IMG/VR virus record: IMGVR_UViG_3300037851_000865
Location: 1 to 29,231 of that record
DNA from: a virus
Length of the DNA stretch: 29,231 nucleotides
Direction: 5' to 3' (one strand)
Shown here: positions 1-9,522 of the stretch, in pieces
How the letters are laid out: the number at the start of each line of letters is the position of its first letter
Numbering within the stretch: position 1 is the stretch's first letter
The notes under the pieces: generated by a model
What the model saw: the letters and a program-made list of their open reading frames with translations, nothing else
The model's database searches: none
Told to the model about the DNA's origin: nothing
Made by a program: the position numbers and the translations under genes

Positions 1-1375
1 GGCAAAGTTCGAAATTGTCGCTAACCCAACTACTGCTACAGTCGTACGCATAGATAGCGCCAACAACTTGACGGGCACTAATGCCGGCTTCCAGGTGCGC
101 AACGCTGCTGGTGTTCCTCAGATTACGCTGAACTACAACGAGGCCCTGAGTACCAGAGATATAACCGCTGCTGGGGCGTTTGGCATCAACCCGTCAGGGG
201 ACCTTCGTCTAGGTGGTCTCAACTCGGGTAACCCGACACTTATCATCCCGCAGCTTGCATCCGCTCCTGACGGGATGACTTTTCCCGCACAGGACGGCGC
301 TACCGGACAGGTGCTTACGACTAACGGGGCTGGTGCCCTTTCTTGGCAAACGCCTACTGGAGGCGGTTACGCGTCTGTTCAGGATGAGGGCATCGCACTC
401 ACAGCTCGCCCCACCATCAACTTCATTGGCGTGGGTGTGGTCGCCACAGATGATGCAGGCAACAACCGCACGAACGTTACCATCTCGTCCTCTCTAGCCA
501 GCACAGGTTTCACCTACGCAATCTCCACAGAAGCTGAGCTCATTGCAGCCGCTGCCAGCTTCGCAGCAAACGTTATTACGCTGCAGGCCGCTAGTTATCT
601 CATCGTCTCGTCCTTCACGTTGTCGGTAAACAACAGGATAGTAATGCCTGCCGGTTGTCGCTTAGTGGCCGGCGGAGGCCTGTATGGGAAGACCATAACA
701 GGCAACTCTGCTGTGGCGCTGGTGTCTATGACGGGTGCGGGTGTTGTTGCGACAGAGAACATCATACTAAACCAGACCGGTGCAGGGTTCACACTTGCTC
801 TGTCCAACACGGCCGGTCAAGCAATCGTTCATGACGTCACGCTAATCAACTCATCAGCAACCGCACAGCTGTCAAACGCAGGAGAAAAGCTGTTTAGGTT
901 CTGTCGTTTTCAGGCAGGTTCTGACGGCATCATCACGAACGGCGCCACAGCTATCAGCAACCTCATCATGCGCTTCTGTGCTTACGATGCGGCCACGACG
1001 ATGCTGAACGTGGCAGTAGGTACGACCGTATCTAGGCTACGCTTCGAGTCGCAGCAGTGCGAGGTATCTCTTGGCAGCGCCGCTATCAACAACGCAGGCA
1101 CCATCACGTACCTCGAGTGCCAGAACAACACGTTGTGGAGTGGCGGTAACGTATTCAACAACACCGGCACTATCACGGGAGGACGTATCAGCAACAACAC
1201 GCTGATAGCAGGTAATGAGTTCTCCTGTTTTAGCGGTATCACCCGCCATGTTCCGGGTGCAGGCCCTGTCGCATCTGCTGTTGTGCTGCGCAACAACTTG
1301 TGGAGAAACGTGGCCGGCACGTCGTTCAAGCTTCTCAATGAGAGCCCGATTCAGACCAACACGCCTCCCGCATAA
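1..1375 (+). CDS. Tail fibre/tailspike-like protein, 5'-truncated by the window
   Basis: The frame is open from position 2 (AKFEIVANPT...), so the TTG at 68 is probably not the true start. It contains fibre-type motifs FPAQDGATGQVLTTNGAGALSW and VQDEG...TINFIG...ATDD...RTNVTI, and an Asn/Gly/Thr-rich C-terminus with beta-helix-like periodicity (INNAGTIT / FNNTGTIT / ISNNTLI). Confidence 0.7.
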   Translation, partial: AKFEIVANPTTATVVRIDSANNLTGTNAGFQVRNAAGVPQITLNYNEALSTRDITAAGAFGINPSGDLRLGGLNSGNPTLIIPQLASAPDGMTFPAQDGATGQVLTTNGAGALSWQTPTGGGYASVQDEGIALTARPTINFIGVGVVATDDAGNNRTNVTISSSLASTGFTYAISTEAELIAAAASFAANVITLQAASYLIVSSFTLSVNNRIVMPAGCRLVAGGGLYGKTITGNSAVALVSMTGAGVVATENIILNQTGAGFTLALSNTAGQAIVHDVTLINSSATAQLSNAGEKLFRFCRFQAGSDGIITNGATAISNLIMRFCAYDAATTMLNVAVGTTVSRLRFESQQCEVSLGSAAINNAGTITYLECQNNTLWSGGNVFNNTGTITGGRISNNTLIAGNEFSCFSGITRHVPGAGPVASAVVLRNNLWRNVAGTSFKLLNESPIQTNTPPA

Positions 1376-1387
1376 GGTAAACACCCC

Positions 1388-2014
1388 ATGACACTCGTTA
1401 CGTACCAGATTCCACTGTCCTCTTTCGTCGCTCTTGGTAGCGCTATTGTTAACACTTTTGTTTTGAAGCAGCAGCTCGTCAGCTCCTCGCTGAGTGTAGA
1501 CGTGCCTTCGGTAGAGCTTGCAGCCTCCGTTGTTCGCGTGACATTTGACGGCCCGCCCACGGACGCAGACGATGTAAGCATAAACACAGTTGTCGCAGCG
1601 CACACTGGAGGCTCCTTCGCAGCAGACTTCTTGCGTGCAGAGGCAAACGGCCAGCAGAACACTACAGCTAACGACACGCCTATTGACCTCGTTACGCTCA
1701 ACAGTGGTCAGTTGCGTGCAGGCACGTATCACATTGAGTGGTATTGTGAGCACGAACTCAGCGCTGCGGCTGGCGGTGTTTCGTCTAAAGTACAGGTGCG
1801 CGTGAACCGCTCAAACGGCGGATGGGCTGTGCGTGCAACAGATGCTCAAGCAAGCGCTGACTGGAGCGCGTTCTCAGGCAAGATGTACTTCGAGAACATC
1901 ATGGATGGGGAAACGTTGAACGTCTCTTTGCAGCTCATGCGCTCTACCGCAGGTACGTCCGAAATCGCGTCGGGCCAGCGTGCGCGTGTGTTCATCACAC
2001 GTTCGCCTGATTGA
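1388..2014 (+). CDS. Hypothetical virion protein with a predicted beta-sandwich C-terminal domain
   Basis: 208 aa, SD-like AAGG upstream, located among tail genes; alternating beta-strand pattern (LRAGTYHIEWY, LNVSLQL). Confidence 0.5.
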   Translation: MTLVTYQIPLSSFVALGSAIVNTFVLKQQLVSSSLSVDVPSVELAASVVRVTFDGPPTDADDVSINTVVAAHTGGSFAADFLRAEANGQQNTTANDTPIDLVTLNSGQLRAGTYHIEWYCEHELSAAAGGVSSKVQVRVNRSNGGWAVRATDAQASADWSAFSGKMYFENIMDGETLNVSLQLMRSTAGTSEIASGQRARVFITRSPD

Positions 2015-2019
2015 GTTTT

Positions 2020-2058
2020 GTAGGGGGTCGTGTCAGTACGGCCCCTTTACTGTTCTTT
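2020..2058 (+). terminator. Putative intrinsic terminator hairpin
   Basis: AGGGGGTCGT-gtcagt-ACGGCCCCTT stem (two G-U pairs) followed by TGTTCTTT, just after the stop at 2014. Confidence 0.55.
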
Positions 2059-2066
2059 GCTATCTT
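2058..2066 (+). promoter_or_regulatory. Candidate extended -10 promoter
   Basis: TGcTATCTT (TGnTAnnnT) sits after the terminator and before a gene with no SD. Confidence 0.35.
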
Positions 2067-2079
2067 GTAGAACGCAAAC

Positions 2080-5000
2080 ATGTCTGGCGGATACGGCAAT
2101 AATCCATGGGGCGGCGCCTGGGGCGGTTCTGGGGAGGATGCGGGCAATGAGCTCGAGCACATCCCAACCAGCGCCTTGTGGACTCAGTTTGACCTGACAG
2201 GTGTTCGGCAGTCGAACGACATGGACCGTGTCCGCGACTTCGTCGAGGCGACCGGATACGGCAATGTAGACCAGTTCTTCGTCAACAGCTTCAACCTGGC
2301 GTCGGGCGGTTCCTTCAGTGCGACGACGGCGTTACTCGACATAGCCGTTCCTGTACTAGAGAACTACACCGTCGAGTACCGCATGGCAGCCAATCAGCTG
2401 CCAGACGACTTCAGCGACCCCGTCAACCGACACATGGTTCTGGCGGTCAACAACGCCGCCGGCGCCTGTACCACCCTTCTGCTCTCCCAGGGCGGCATCG
2501 CGTACACGGGCGCGATTAGCTACGACCTAAACAACCAGAATCAAATCAGCTTCGACCATATCCTGAATCCTGGTGGGGTCACTGTCGCGGAGAAGAGCCT
2601 TATCTTCCTTCCTGGAAGCGACGAGTGGTTTGACGAAGGACAGGAAATCTACGTCCGAGTCGTCGTCGACTGGGAGAATCAGCTGGTCTACCTGTTCGTT
2701 ACGCCAGCGAACGAGATTACTCCGGGACAGGCTGGTGCAGATAGCATTGGGCACGTTCTCCGGGCTCTTCTGCCTGTCATCCCTGCGTCGACGGCGGTGT
2801 TCCCTCCCATCGACCGCATTGCTGTCAGCGTGAAGGGCACGCTAGCCGACGAGTCGAACCTTGAGCTCTTTCACTACAACTTGAGCTCGCGGCTACTCAT
2901 CCCTGACCTACCGCCGCGGGCGCTCACGGGCCCTGACCAGGCGTCCAGACTTTGCAGCATCATTCAGCTGGACGGGTCCGGCAGCTTCGACCCAGAGGGA
3001 AACGTACTCACGTACGATTGGCGTCTCATAGACGGACCAGAGACCAGCATGTTCGTGGGGGTCGGCAATGACGGCCAGACCGCTCCCGAGGCTATTCCTA
3101 CCGGCTTTACAGACCAGTTCTTCAGCGCAGAGCTTGGGACGCTACACAACCTGGAACCTGTCCAGCCGAAGGATGTTCTTCTGGTAGGCGGCATTGCCTA
3201 CACCATTGTTTCGGTGAAGCCGCCGTTAGCCCCTGGTACCTTCTACGTGCTCGTAGAGCGCGCGCAGATACCGGACAACTTGTCGCTCGCAGGCTTTAAG
3301 CTTCTACGACAGTCGGGCATCACAGACCCGACTACAGCTAAGCCGACGTTCTACCCAGACGTGGCAGGTTTCTTCGTCTTTGACCTTCGCGTGTTCGACG
3401 GTGTTCAGTGGAGCACACCCAACGGCCTGGAGCGCGCCGTCACGGTAGTTAACGTTCTGGAGTCCCCTCTTCCTAGAGGCTGTACGCCGGACCTGAGCTT
3501 CATCTTCGACTACCTGTCTGACTTCTGGCGTCTGGTCGAAGACAGCGAGAAGATGCACGTCTTCTGGGGCGCCTTGGCTCAGACAGCCGCTACGGAGCTC
3601 TACACTCTCTGGCAGCACGACTACTCAAAGAGCGTGCGCGATATTCAGCGCGTGTTCGCACGTCGCTGGCTGCACTACGACCTTGTTCTCGGAGAACCTT
3701 TGCCTGAGGTTACGAAGGTCTTCCCTGTGTGGAGCGGCGTTACTTCTACGCCCTTCTCTGTTCTAGCGGTGAACAACCAGCGCCTCGGCATAAGCACTCC
3801 CGTGCTTGAGTCTCCCGAGGTCATCACGTTTACGGGACTGGACCCTGCCAACCCGTACGATTTCGCGCGAGGTCTTACAGGCGCCCTGCAGGGTATCGAT
3901 AAGTCATTTTCCGCAAAGGTGGTTGAGCTGCCTTCTTCCCAGAAGCAGATTCAGCTTACGGCTAGCATCCCGTTCACAATCACTAACGACACTACCATCC
4001 TGTTCGCAGCAGGAAGCACAAACGGTGCTGTAGAAGGCTCTGGTGAGACCACTACCGCCCGTGCATTCAAGGTGGACCGGTCTCTGCAGGGTCTGAATCT
4101 TTCGGAGGCGTTCTTAGTTATCGGAGATAGCACGTACGTCATTGACCGCGTCATCGATGTGTCAGGCGACGCGTACCCCTATCAGCGTGTCGTAGTTCGT
4201 AGCGACATTCAGGAGACAGCAGGCCCGCAGGACTTCGTCATCACAGGCTGGGTAAGCTCAGAGCTACTCAACTTCTACAACGGCTTGGTTACGAGGGGTG
4301 ACCACGTCGACTTCGAGGTACTGGACAGCCGCGACGATGTGTCCGACGTAGAGCAGGTTCAGCTGCTTGTCTCCACTACCGCTTACGGCGCGTCTCCTAC
4401 ATTCCCACGAAGGCTGCCTGTGGACTTTGGTCCTTTGGGCGTCTATCTCATGGACAGTAACGTCACGGTACGTTTGGCGCGTGTCCTTCGAAGGGGGCGC
4501 CTACCTGTTGATGACCTGATTGTGGATATCCCTGTCCTTCAGGAGAACGTTGTCATCACCGACGATGAGGCGTCTCTGCGCAGGAACCTGGACTTCTTCA
4601 TCGAACCGTTCCGCGGCTACAACTCTGTTCGTTTTGTCTCTGGGCAAGGCGGCGGCCCAGACGTGTTTGAAGGCGCGCGTCCTCCCTTTCGCCTTTGGGC
4701 GGAGTACACGTACGTCAACAACAACCCGACTATCGAGGCAAACTTCGGAGAGCTCGCAGGGTTCTCCTTGGTGCAGGTAGCGCAGCTGCCGACCAGCGTT
4801 GATTACTTGGCGGCCGTTTCCGGTTTGATGTACGCGTACACCAACGGACCTACGCTACGTAACCTGCGTATCGGTACACAGATTCTAATAGGGCTGCCGT
4901 ACGCAGAGGAGGACGGCACCATTGAAGAACTGCGTCGAGACCTTCTGAGTACAGAGGGCAGAATCCTCGTACGAGACAAGAGCTCCACAGAAATCGTACG

Positions 5001-6120
5001 CTCTTACACATACCCTAAGGTGTTAGAGCTGGAGGTCAATCCAGACACTGGCGAGCGCTACAAGGTAGGAGACTCGGTCACGAGATTCAGCCCGCTTGTG
5101 GAAGGCGCAGGCGTAGTCGATTACATCAAAGACCCGACGTGGTTCCAAGGAATCCTTAACCAGGGTGTCTTCCTAGAGGTTCAGAAGTTCCACACGTTTG
5201 CTGTCCGCGTAGACGGGCGAGCTTTCAGCCTCGCGTCGCTGGGTTTCGTGCGCGACTTCATCCTCAAAATCAAGCCTACTTACACTCTTCCGAAGTTCAT
5301 CGTTACGTTGGCTGCCTCTAATCTGGACGGCGACGAGATATCGGTGAACGACACAGTCAGTATGCGCGGCGCGCTGACTCTTGATGACGGTGTCTGCCGC
5401 GAGCTGCTCGGCGCTTCGTACGTGTTCGACCAGGCATGGCCTGGTGGCGGGCAGGCGTGGGCCGGAGACACAGGCAACAACCACAATAGTTCTTGGAGAA
5501 ATAAGTTCGACCAAGACAGTGACCCAAACACAGTTCCTGTGTACCCCCTCCCAGAGAATCCCGTTCTTTGGGGCTACGACAAGGGCGCGCTTCTGTGCCC
5601 TGCGGACGATGTAGCTGCTTATCTTTGCGACAACTTCCCTGCACCTTTCACACCCCAGTACGACAGTGTCTTCAGCTTCGACTCGGGCGTGTTTGAGTCT
5701 TTTGAGGGCACGACTGCGGGTCCTGTCAACGTTTTGGCTGGTGCTGTTGGAACAGTGCTTACACTCACGGATAACACGGTCGACAACATTGGCGCGCTGC
5801 ATCGCTTGAACGTATCTCTTCTTGGCGCCAATCTAGGCGCCACGAACGCCTACGAAATGGTGGTCTCGGTCAATGCTGTGCCTCAGGCTGTGTTGCCTTT
5901 TGTGGCGTCCGGTGTGAACCAAGAGTTGTTGTTTTCTGGCCTGGCCATCCCGGTGACGGCAGCAGACGTCGTGCAGGTAAGCATCAGAACGCAGTCACTA
6001 GCTGCTTCCGGCTCAAGCTGGGTGCGCGTGCTCGTGGTGCTATCCAGCGAGGTTACGTGGACGTTTGACGATACCCTTTCAGCCGGCACCTACTGTGGTA
6101 TCAAGGAGCTGACGGGATGA
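2080..6120 (+). CDS. Large baseplate-wedge-like structural protein with a PKD/Ig-like domain
   Basis: 1346 aa. PKD/K319L-type motif IQLDGSGSFDPEGNVLTYDW...PTFYPDVAGFFVFDLRVFDG. The segments LMYAYTNGPTLRNLRIG..ILIGLP and FILKIKPTYT resemble wedge-protein motifs (the KPAH-type motif of P2 gpI/Mu gp48-like proteins). Confidence 0.6.
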   Translation: MSGGYGNNPWGGAWGGSGEDAGNELEHIPTSALWTQFDLTGVRQSNDMDRVRDFVEATGYGNVDQFFVNSFNLASGGSFSATTALLDIAVPVLENYTVEYRMAANQLPDDFSDPVNRHMVLAVNNAAGACTTLLLSQGGIAYTGAISYDLNNQNQISFDHILNPGGVTVAEKSLIFLPGSDEWFDEGQEIYVRVVVDWENQLVYLFVTPANEITPGQAGADSIGHVLRALLPVIPASTAVFPPIDRIAVSVKGTLADESNLELFHYNLSSRLLIPDLPPRALTGPDQASRLCSIIQLDGSGSFDPEGNVLTYDWRLIDGPETSMFVGVGNDGQTAPEAIPTGFTDQFFSAELGTLHNLEPVQPKDVLLVGGIAYTIVSVKPPLAPGTFYVLVERAQIPDNLSLAGFKLLRQSGITDPTTAKPTFYPDVAGFFVFDLRVFDGVQWSTPNGLERAVTVVNVLESPLPRGCTPDLSFIFDYLSDFWRLVEDSEKMHVFWGALAQTAATELYTLWQHDYSKSVRDIQRVFARRWLHYDLVLGEPLPEVTKVFPVWSGVTSTPFSVLAVNNQRLGISTPVLESPEVITFTGLDPANPYDFARGLTGALQGIDKSFSAKVVELPSSQKQIQLTASIPFTITNDTTILFAAGSTNGAVEGSGETTTARAFKVDRSLQGLNLSEAFLVIGDSTYVIDRVIDVSGDAYPYQRVVVRSDIQETAGPQDFVITGWVSSELLNFYNGLVTRGDHVDFEVLDSRDDVSDVEQVQLLVSTTAYGASPTFPRRLPVDFGPLGVYLMDSNVTVRLARVLRRGRLPVDDLIVDIPVLQENVVITDDEASLRRNLDFFIEPFRGYNSVRFVSGQGGGPDVFEGARPPFRLWAEYTYVNNNPTIEANFGELAGFSLVQVAQLPTSVDYLAAVSGLMYAYTNGPTLRNLRIGTQILIGLPYAEEDGTIEELRRDLLSTEGRILVRDKSSTEIVRSYTYPKVLELEVNPDTGERYKVGDSVTRFSPLVEGAGVVDYIKDPTWFQGILNQGVFLEVQKFHTFAVRVDGRAFSLASLGFVRDFILKIKPTYTLPKFIVTLAASNLDGDEISVNDTVSMRGALTLDDGVCRELLGASYVFDQAWPGGGQAWAGDTGNNHNSSWRNKFDQDSDPNTVPVYPLPENPVLWGYDKGALLCPADDVAAYLCDNFPAPFTPQYDSVFSFDSGVFESFEGTTAGPVNVLAGAVGTVLTLTDNTVDNIGALHRLNVSLLGANLGATNAYEMVVSVNAVPQAVLPFVASGVNQELLFSGLAIPVTAADVVQVSIRTQSLAASGSSWVRVLVVLSSEVTWTFDDTLSAGTYCGIKELTG

Positions 6121-6791
6121 CTGCTTCCAACGTACACATCAAGCATTGGCGCGCCGGCAGGCTCATTCAGGAGATTCACGAGCACAACGTGCTGGCCTAC
6201 TACGGTCGGCAAATGCTGGCTGACATCATCGGGGAGAACCCGCCCAATGCAGCCCCTACGCCTGTCAGGGATGAGCGGGTTAAGTACCTTGGTCTCGGTG
6301 TGGGTGGGCGGTACCGGAACGCCTTAGCTACACAGTCGCCTTTGGTTGACAGCTACCCGCCAGGCTCTGCAGAACACAGAGTGCTGCAGGACAACCTGTT
6401 CATCGGGTACACGAGCGGCAATCAGTACAACCAAAATACTCCTTACGACCCGCTTCTGGCGACACTCGAGCTCCCCGTCAGGGTAACGGGCTCGGAGGAC
6501 GCATACCCAGGCCAGCCCTTGGATACGTGGCTGGTGGGCGCTCCCAATCTGTACTGCACGCATCTCAGCTCTCAGGAGCTGACTGTACATGCTAAGGTAG
6601 ATGCCTCTGCGGGGGACTACGTGTATGGGTCGTTTACGTCCGTGCCCATCACAGAGGCTGGTCTGTTTACGAATACAAGCTCCCCTACAGGGGACCCCTA
6701 CCAGCAGCTGCTCGCCTACGTGGGCTTTGATACACTACTACTTACCCCCACCAGTACTGTAGAATTTGTCTGGCGAGTGCGCTTCGCCTAA
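6117..6791 (+). CDS. Baseplate/tail-fibre attachment-like protein (paralog 1)
   Basis: Pattern HN.L..YGR..LA...YLGLGVG...ITEAGLF...FD....VEFVWRVRF is typical of fibre N-terminal/collar-type domains; ATGA overlap with the upstream gene. Confidence 0.6.
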   Translation: MTASNVHIKHWRAGRLIQEIHEHNVLAYYGRQMLADIIGENPPNAAPTPVRDERVKYLGLGVGGRYRNALATQSPLVDSYPPGSAEHRVLQDNLFIGYTSGNQYNQNTPYDPLLATLELPVRVTGSEDAYPGQPLDTWLVGAPNLYCTHLSSQELTVHAKVDASAGDYVYGSFTSVPITEAGLFTNTSSPTGDPYQQLLAYVGFDTLLLTPTSTVEFVWRVRFA

Positions 6792-6799
6792 GAGGGAAC

Positions 6800-7435
6800 A
6801 TGAAAGTCGGCACAAGGTTCACAGAAGACATCGAAGTGAAGAGCAATCTCTTCCTGACGGTGCGGGAGCGCGGAAAGATTGTGGCCAGAAGGGAGGGTCA
6901 CAACATCTTTCTGGACTACGGGCGTGAGTGGCTTTCTGGGCTGATTGCGTACTCTAGTTTCTCGCCCGACACCTTTGAGGACAGCCGGCGCGTCAGGTAC
7001 TTTGGCTTCGGCATCGGAGGCACGCGTCAGGTGGCTCCGGCGTTTGCCGACAGTCCTCCTCTGTCAGACTATGGCCCTGTCGGAGGGTTTACGCAGACGG
7101 ATACGAACCCTACGTTGCTTCGCCTGGAGCGACCTGTTCGGTTGTCCGGCAGTTCTGGTCCAGGCACACAGCCTGGTGACCGCTGGGTTGGGCAGGTGCA
7201 GGCGCCCCCGATTCACGACACGCCCACATCTACAACGTTCAGGCGGCTCATCACCCTCGACGAGATTAGCTACGCACCGTACGTGAGTGTGCCTCTCTCG
7301 GAGATTGGTATGTTCCTCAGCGACTCCAACACCAACTTCCCTTTCAACAACATCGTGGCGTACGACACCTTCGATACGCTCAGCAAGACAACAGCCTTTG
7401 AACTCGAGGTCTCTTGGACCCTTCGATTTGGATGA
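6800..7435 (+). CDS. Baseplate/tail-fibre attachment-like protein (paralog 2)
   Basis: Same motif series (HNIFLDYGR..L, YFGFGIGG, LSEIGMF, FDTLSKT..LEVSWTLRF); SD GAGGG upstream. Confidence 0.6.
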   Translation: MKVGTRFTEDIEVKSNLFLTVRERGKIVARREGHNIFLDYGREWLSGLIAYSSFSPDTFEDSRRVRYFGFGIGGTRQVAPAFADSPPLSDYGPVGGFTQTDTNPTLLRLERPVRLSGSSGPGTQPGDRWVGQVQAPPIHDTPTSTTFRRLITLDEISYAPYVSVPLSEIGMFLSDSNTNFPFNNIVAYDTFDTLSKTTAFELEVSWTLRFG

Positions 7436-7441
7436 CGCGCC

Positions 7442-9514
7442 ATGGGTAAATTCCACCGCTACGCACAGCCCAGTTATTTCCTGTTCCCAGGTGAGTCCTT
7501 CCCAGCGCTGCCTGGGGGTACGGGTACTGTAGGGACAAATACGTATGACTACGTGAACGTGGTCAGCGCGGGCGTTGGTGCTGGCGATGGCAGCGCCAAC
7601 ACGGACGTTCAAAAGGCTTCTGGCCCCAACCAGTTCACTTACTTTGTCGCGTTCGGTGAGGACGCTACAAGCCTCAATGCGAATCGCGGCTTCAAGGCAG
7701 CCTTCGAAAGCCTGGACGTGTTGGACGATGTGGTTCGCACAAGTCTGCCAAAACTAGCGACTGTCTCCGGCGCAAGTCCCTCCGCGAACGGCATTCAGAT
7801 TGTCGGGGATGTTTGGTGTGGCAGCAGCGCGCTCACGCCTGCGGACAGTCTTGTAGGGGCTTCTGACAGTCAAGAGCGCCCCCTCTACAACGGCATCAAC
7901 CTGGTCGCTATAACGGATATCGACAACGGTACTCCTGGGAACAGCGTAATAGGCACCGGCTGGGTGACAAATCCGACCGTGCGTTTCTCGCTCCCCGTAG
8001 TCTCCAGCTACGTTCTGTATTACGGCGCTCGTACTTCTCTAGGACGTCTCGCTGAGTCTGAGCCGGGAGCATGGTGGACGCAGGACATCGAAGCGCTGAA
8101 CCAAGGGCACAGAAACAGCGGTATCTTCCAGCATGGTCTGGACGAGCTGTATCGCCGCTCAAGCGCGCCCACGACGCCGAATCCGCCACTCAACACGCCT
8201 GGTTCTGGTGCGTTCATCGTACGTGACGGTCCATCGGTTCGTCTTCAGCTGCCTACGCAGAACTGGGGGACTGCTCCATATCCGGACAAGTTTCTCGCTG
8301 GCTATGCGGTTTCGTACCCTGCATACAATGTGGCTTCTTCGTTCGCGACCAACAATGGTGGCGACACGGGCCTTTTGGCTCTTGCTGGGTACAGGTCGTC
8401 TTCGGATGCAGCGGAGCTGAGTGCTGCTGGGCCCTTGCGTGCCGCTGTAGCTACGCAGATTCCCCGCAACGTGAACAACGCAAACTGGGGCGGCTCCTCT
8501 GCGTATACCCGTATCCCAGCTGCCGCTGCTGCAACGCTTAATGTCGGCGGTTCGGACTCTGCGCGCGTGACGCTTACCGCACCCTCCTTCTTCCGAGCAG
8601 GAAGCTCCTCTGCGGTTTACTCAGGCATAGATGTTCTTGAGGTGGACTTCGGCGGAGGGGACGTTAGGAGTTACTTAATAGAGCTTGACTTCACCCTGCC
8701 CGGTAACGAGGCGCGCCTGCGCTCCCTGGCAGGAGGTGTTGTCTCCTTTACCGCAAACACAGCGGTCACGGTTACGTGGCACTCAGTAATGCTGTCTGTA
8801 GGCGGCACACGAGACTACGCGCTGACCTTCGCGCAGCCGAAGGGGGTATCTGCTAACCGCACTGCGGGAAATCAACCGCTAGGCGGTTTTAGGTTTATCT
8901 CCGACACAAGGACCGCAGACTACGACCCGACAACCTCGAAGCCTGTGATGGTGTTCGATGCGTACTTCTACGAAAATACGCAGGTGGGCGCAGTGCGCAC
9001 GATGGAGATGTACGCAAGCGGGTCGATTCTGTCGCAGTTCAACACGCAGGGATACGAGAGCTCTTTTACGGCTGGCGGCTGGGGACGTGTGCATCACACG
9101 TTCACGCATCGAACCGCTTTTAGCAGCACCCCTACGGGTACCACATTCTTCATCAGCCCCGACGGAGAGGCTGCTGCGCCTGGTACGGTTGGTATGGGTT
9201 TTGGTGCGCTTTCCATCGGCTGTACTGGCGCAGGCCTCAGCGCGTATGTTCTGAATTTCACCTCGTACGCAGGCTCGGTGCCCGGCACTGTCTGTGAGCT
9301 GTACATCGAGAACTACGGCGACGGTGTTGATGGCTTGGACATCACCATCAACTGGGACTCGAACTTTATTTTTAGCGATGCGGCTGACGGGCAGTTTGGT
9401 ACCGCCAACCTTACCAAAGGGGCGGTCATACATATTCGGCTGACCTCTATGCTTACCATTAGCAGTAACGGGCCGAAGTGGTTTGTTGAGCGTCTTGCGA
9501 CGTATTACCTGTGA
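7442..9514 (+). CDS. Putative tail fibre/virion protein
   Basis: 690 aa, Gly/Ser/Thr/Ala-rich. N-terminal FGEDATSLNANRGFKAAFESLD helix; the C-terminal domain (VLNF...G.V.ELYIEN...ITINW..NFIF...KW) resembles phage fibre-tip beta-sandwiches. Confidence 0.6.
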   Translation: MGKFHRYAQPSYFLFPGESFPALPGGTGTVGTNTYDYVNVVSAGVGAGDGSANTDVQKASGPNQFTYFVAFGEDATSLNANRGFKAAFESLDVLDDVVRTSLPKLATVSGASPSANGIQIVGDVWCGSSALTPADSLVGASDSQERPLYNGINLVAITDIDNGTPGNSVIGTGWVTNPTVRFSLPVVSSYVLYYGARTSLGRLAESEPGAWWTQDIEALNQGHRNSGIFQHGLDELYRRSSAPTTPNPPLNTPGSGAFIVRDGPSVRLQLPTQNWGTAPYPDKFLAGYAVSYPAYNVASSFATNNGGDTGLLALAGYRSSSDAAELSAAGPLRAAVATQIPRNVNNANWGGSSAYTRIPAAAAATLNVGGSDSARVTLTAPSFFRAGSSSAVYSGIDVLEVDFGGGDVRSYLIELDFTLPGNEARLRSLAGGVVSFTANTAVTVTWHSVMLSVGGTRDYALTFAQPKGVSANRTAGNQPLGGFRFISDTRTADYDPTTSKPVMVFDAYFYENTQVGAVRTMEMYASGSILSQFNTQGYESSFTAGGWGRVHHTFTHRTAFSSTPTGTTFFISPDGEAAAPGTVGMGFGALSIGCTGAGLSAYVLNFTSYAGSVPGTVCELYIENYGDGVDGLDITINWDSNFIFSDAADGQFGTANLTKGAVIHIRLTSMLTISSNGPKWFVERLATYYL

Positions 9515-9522
9515 GGATGTAA

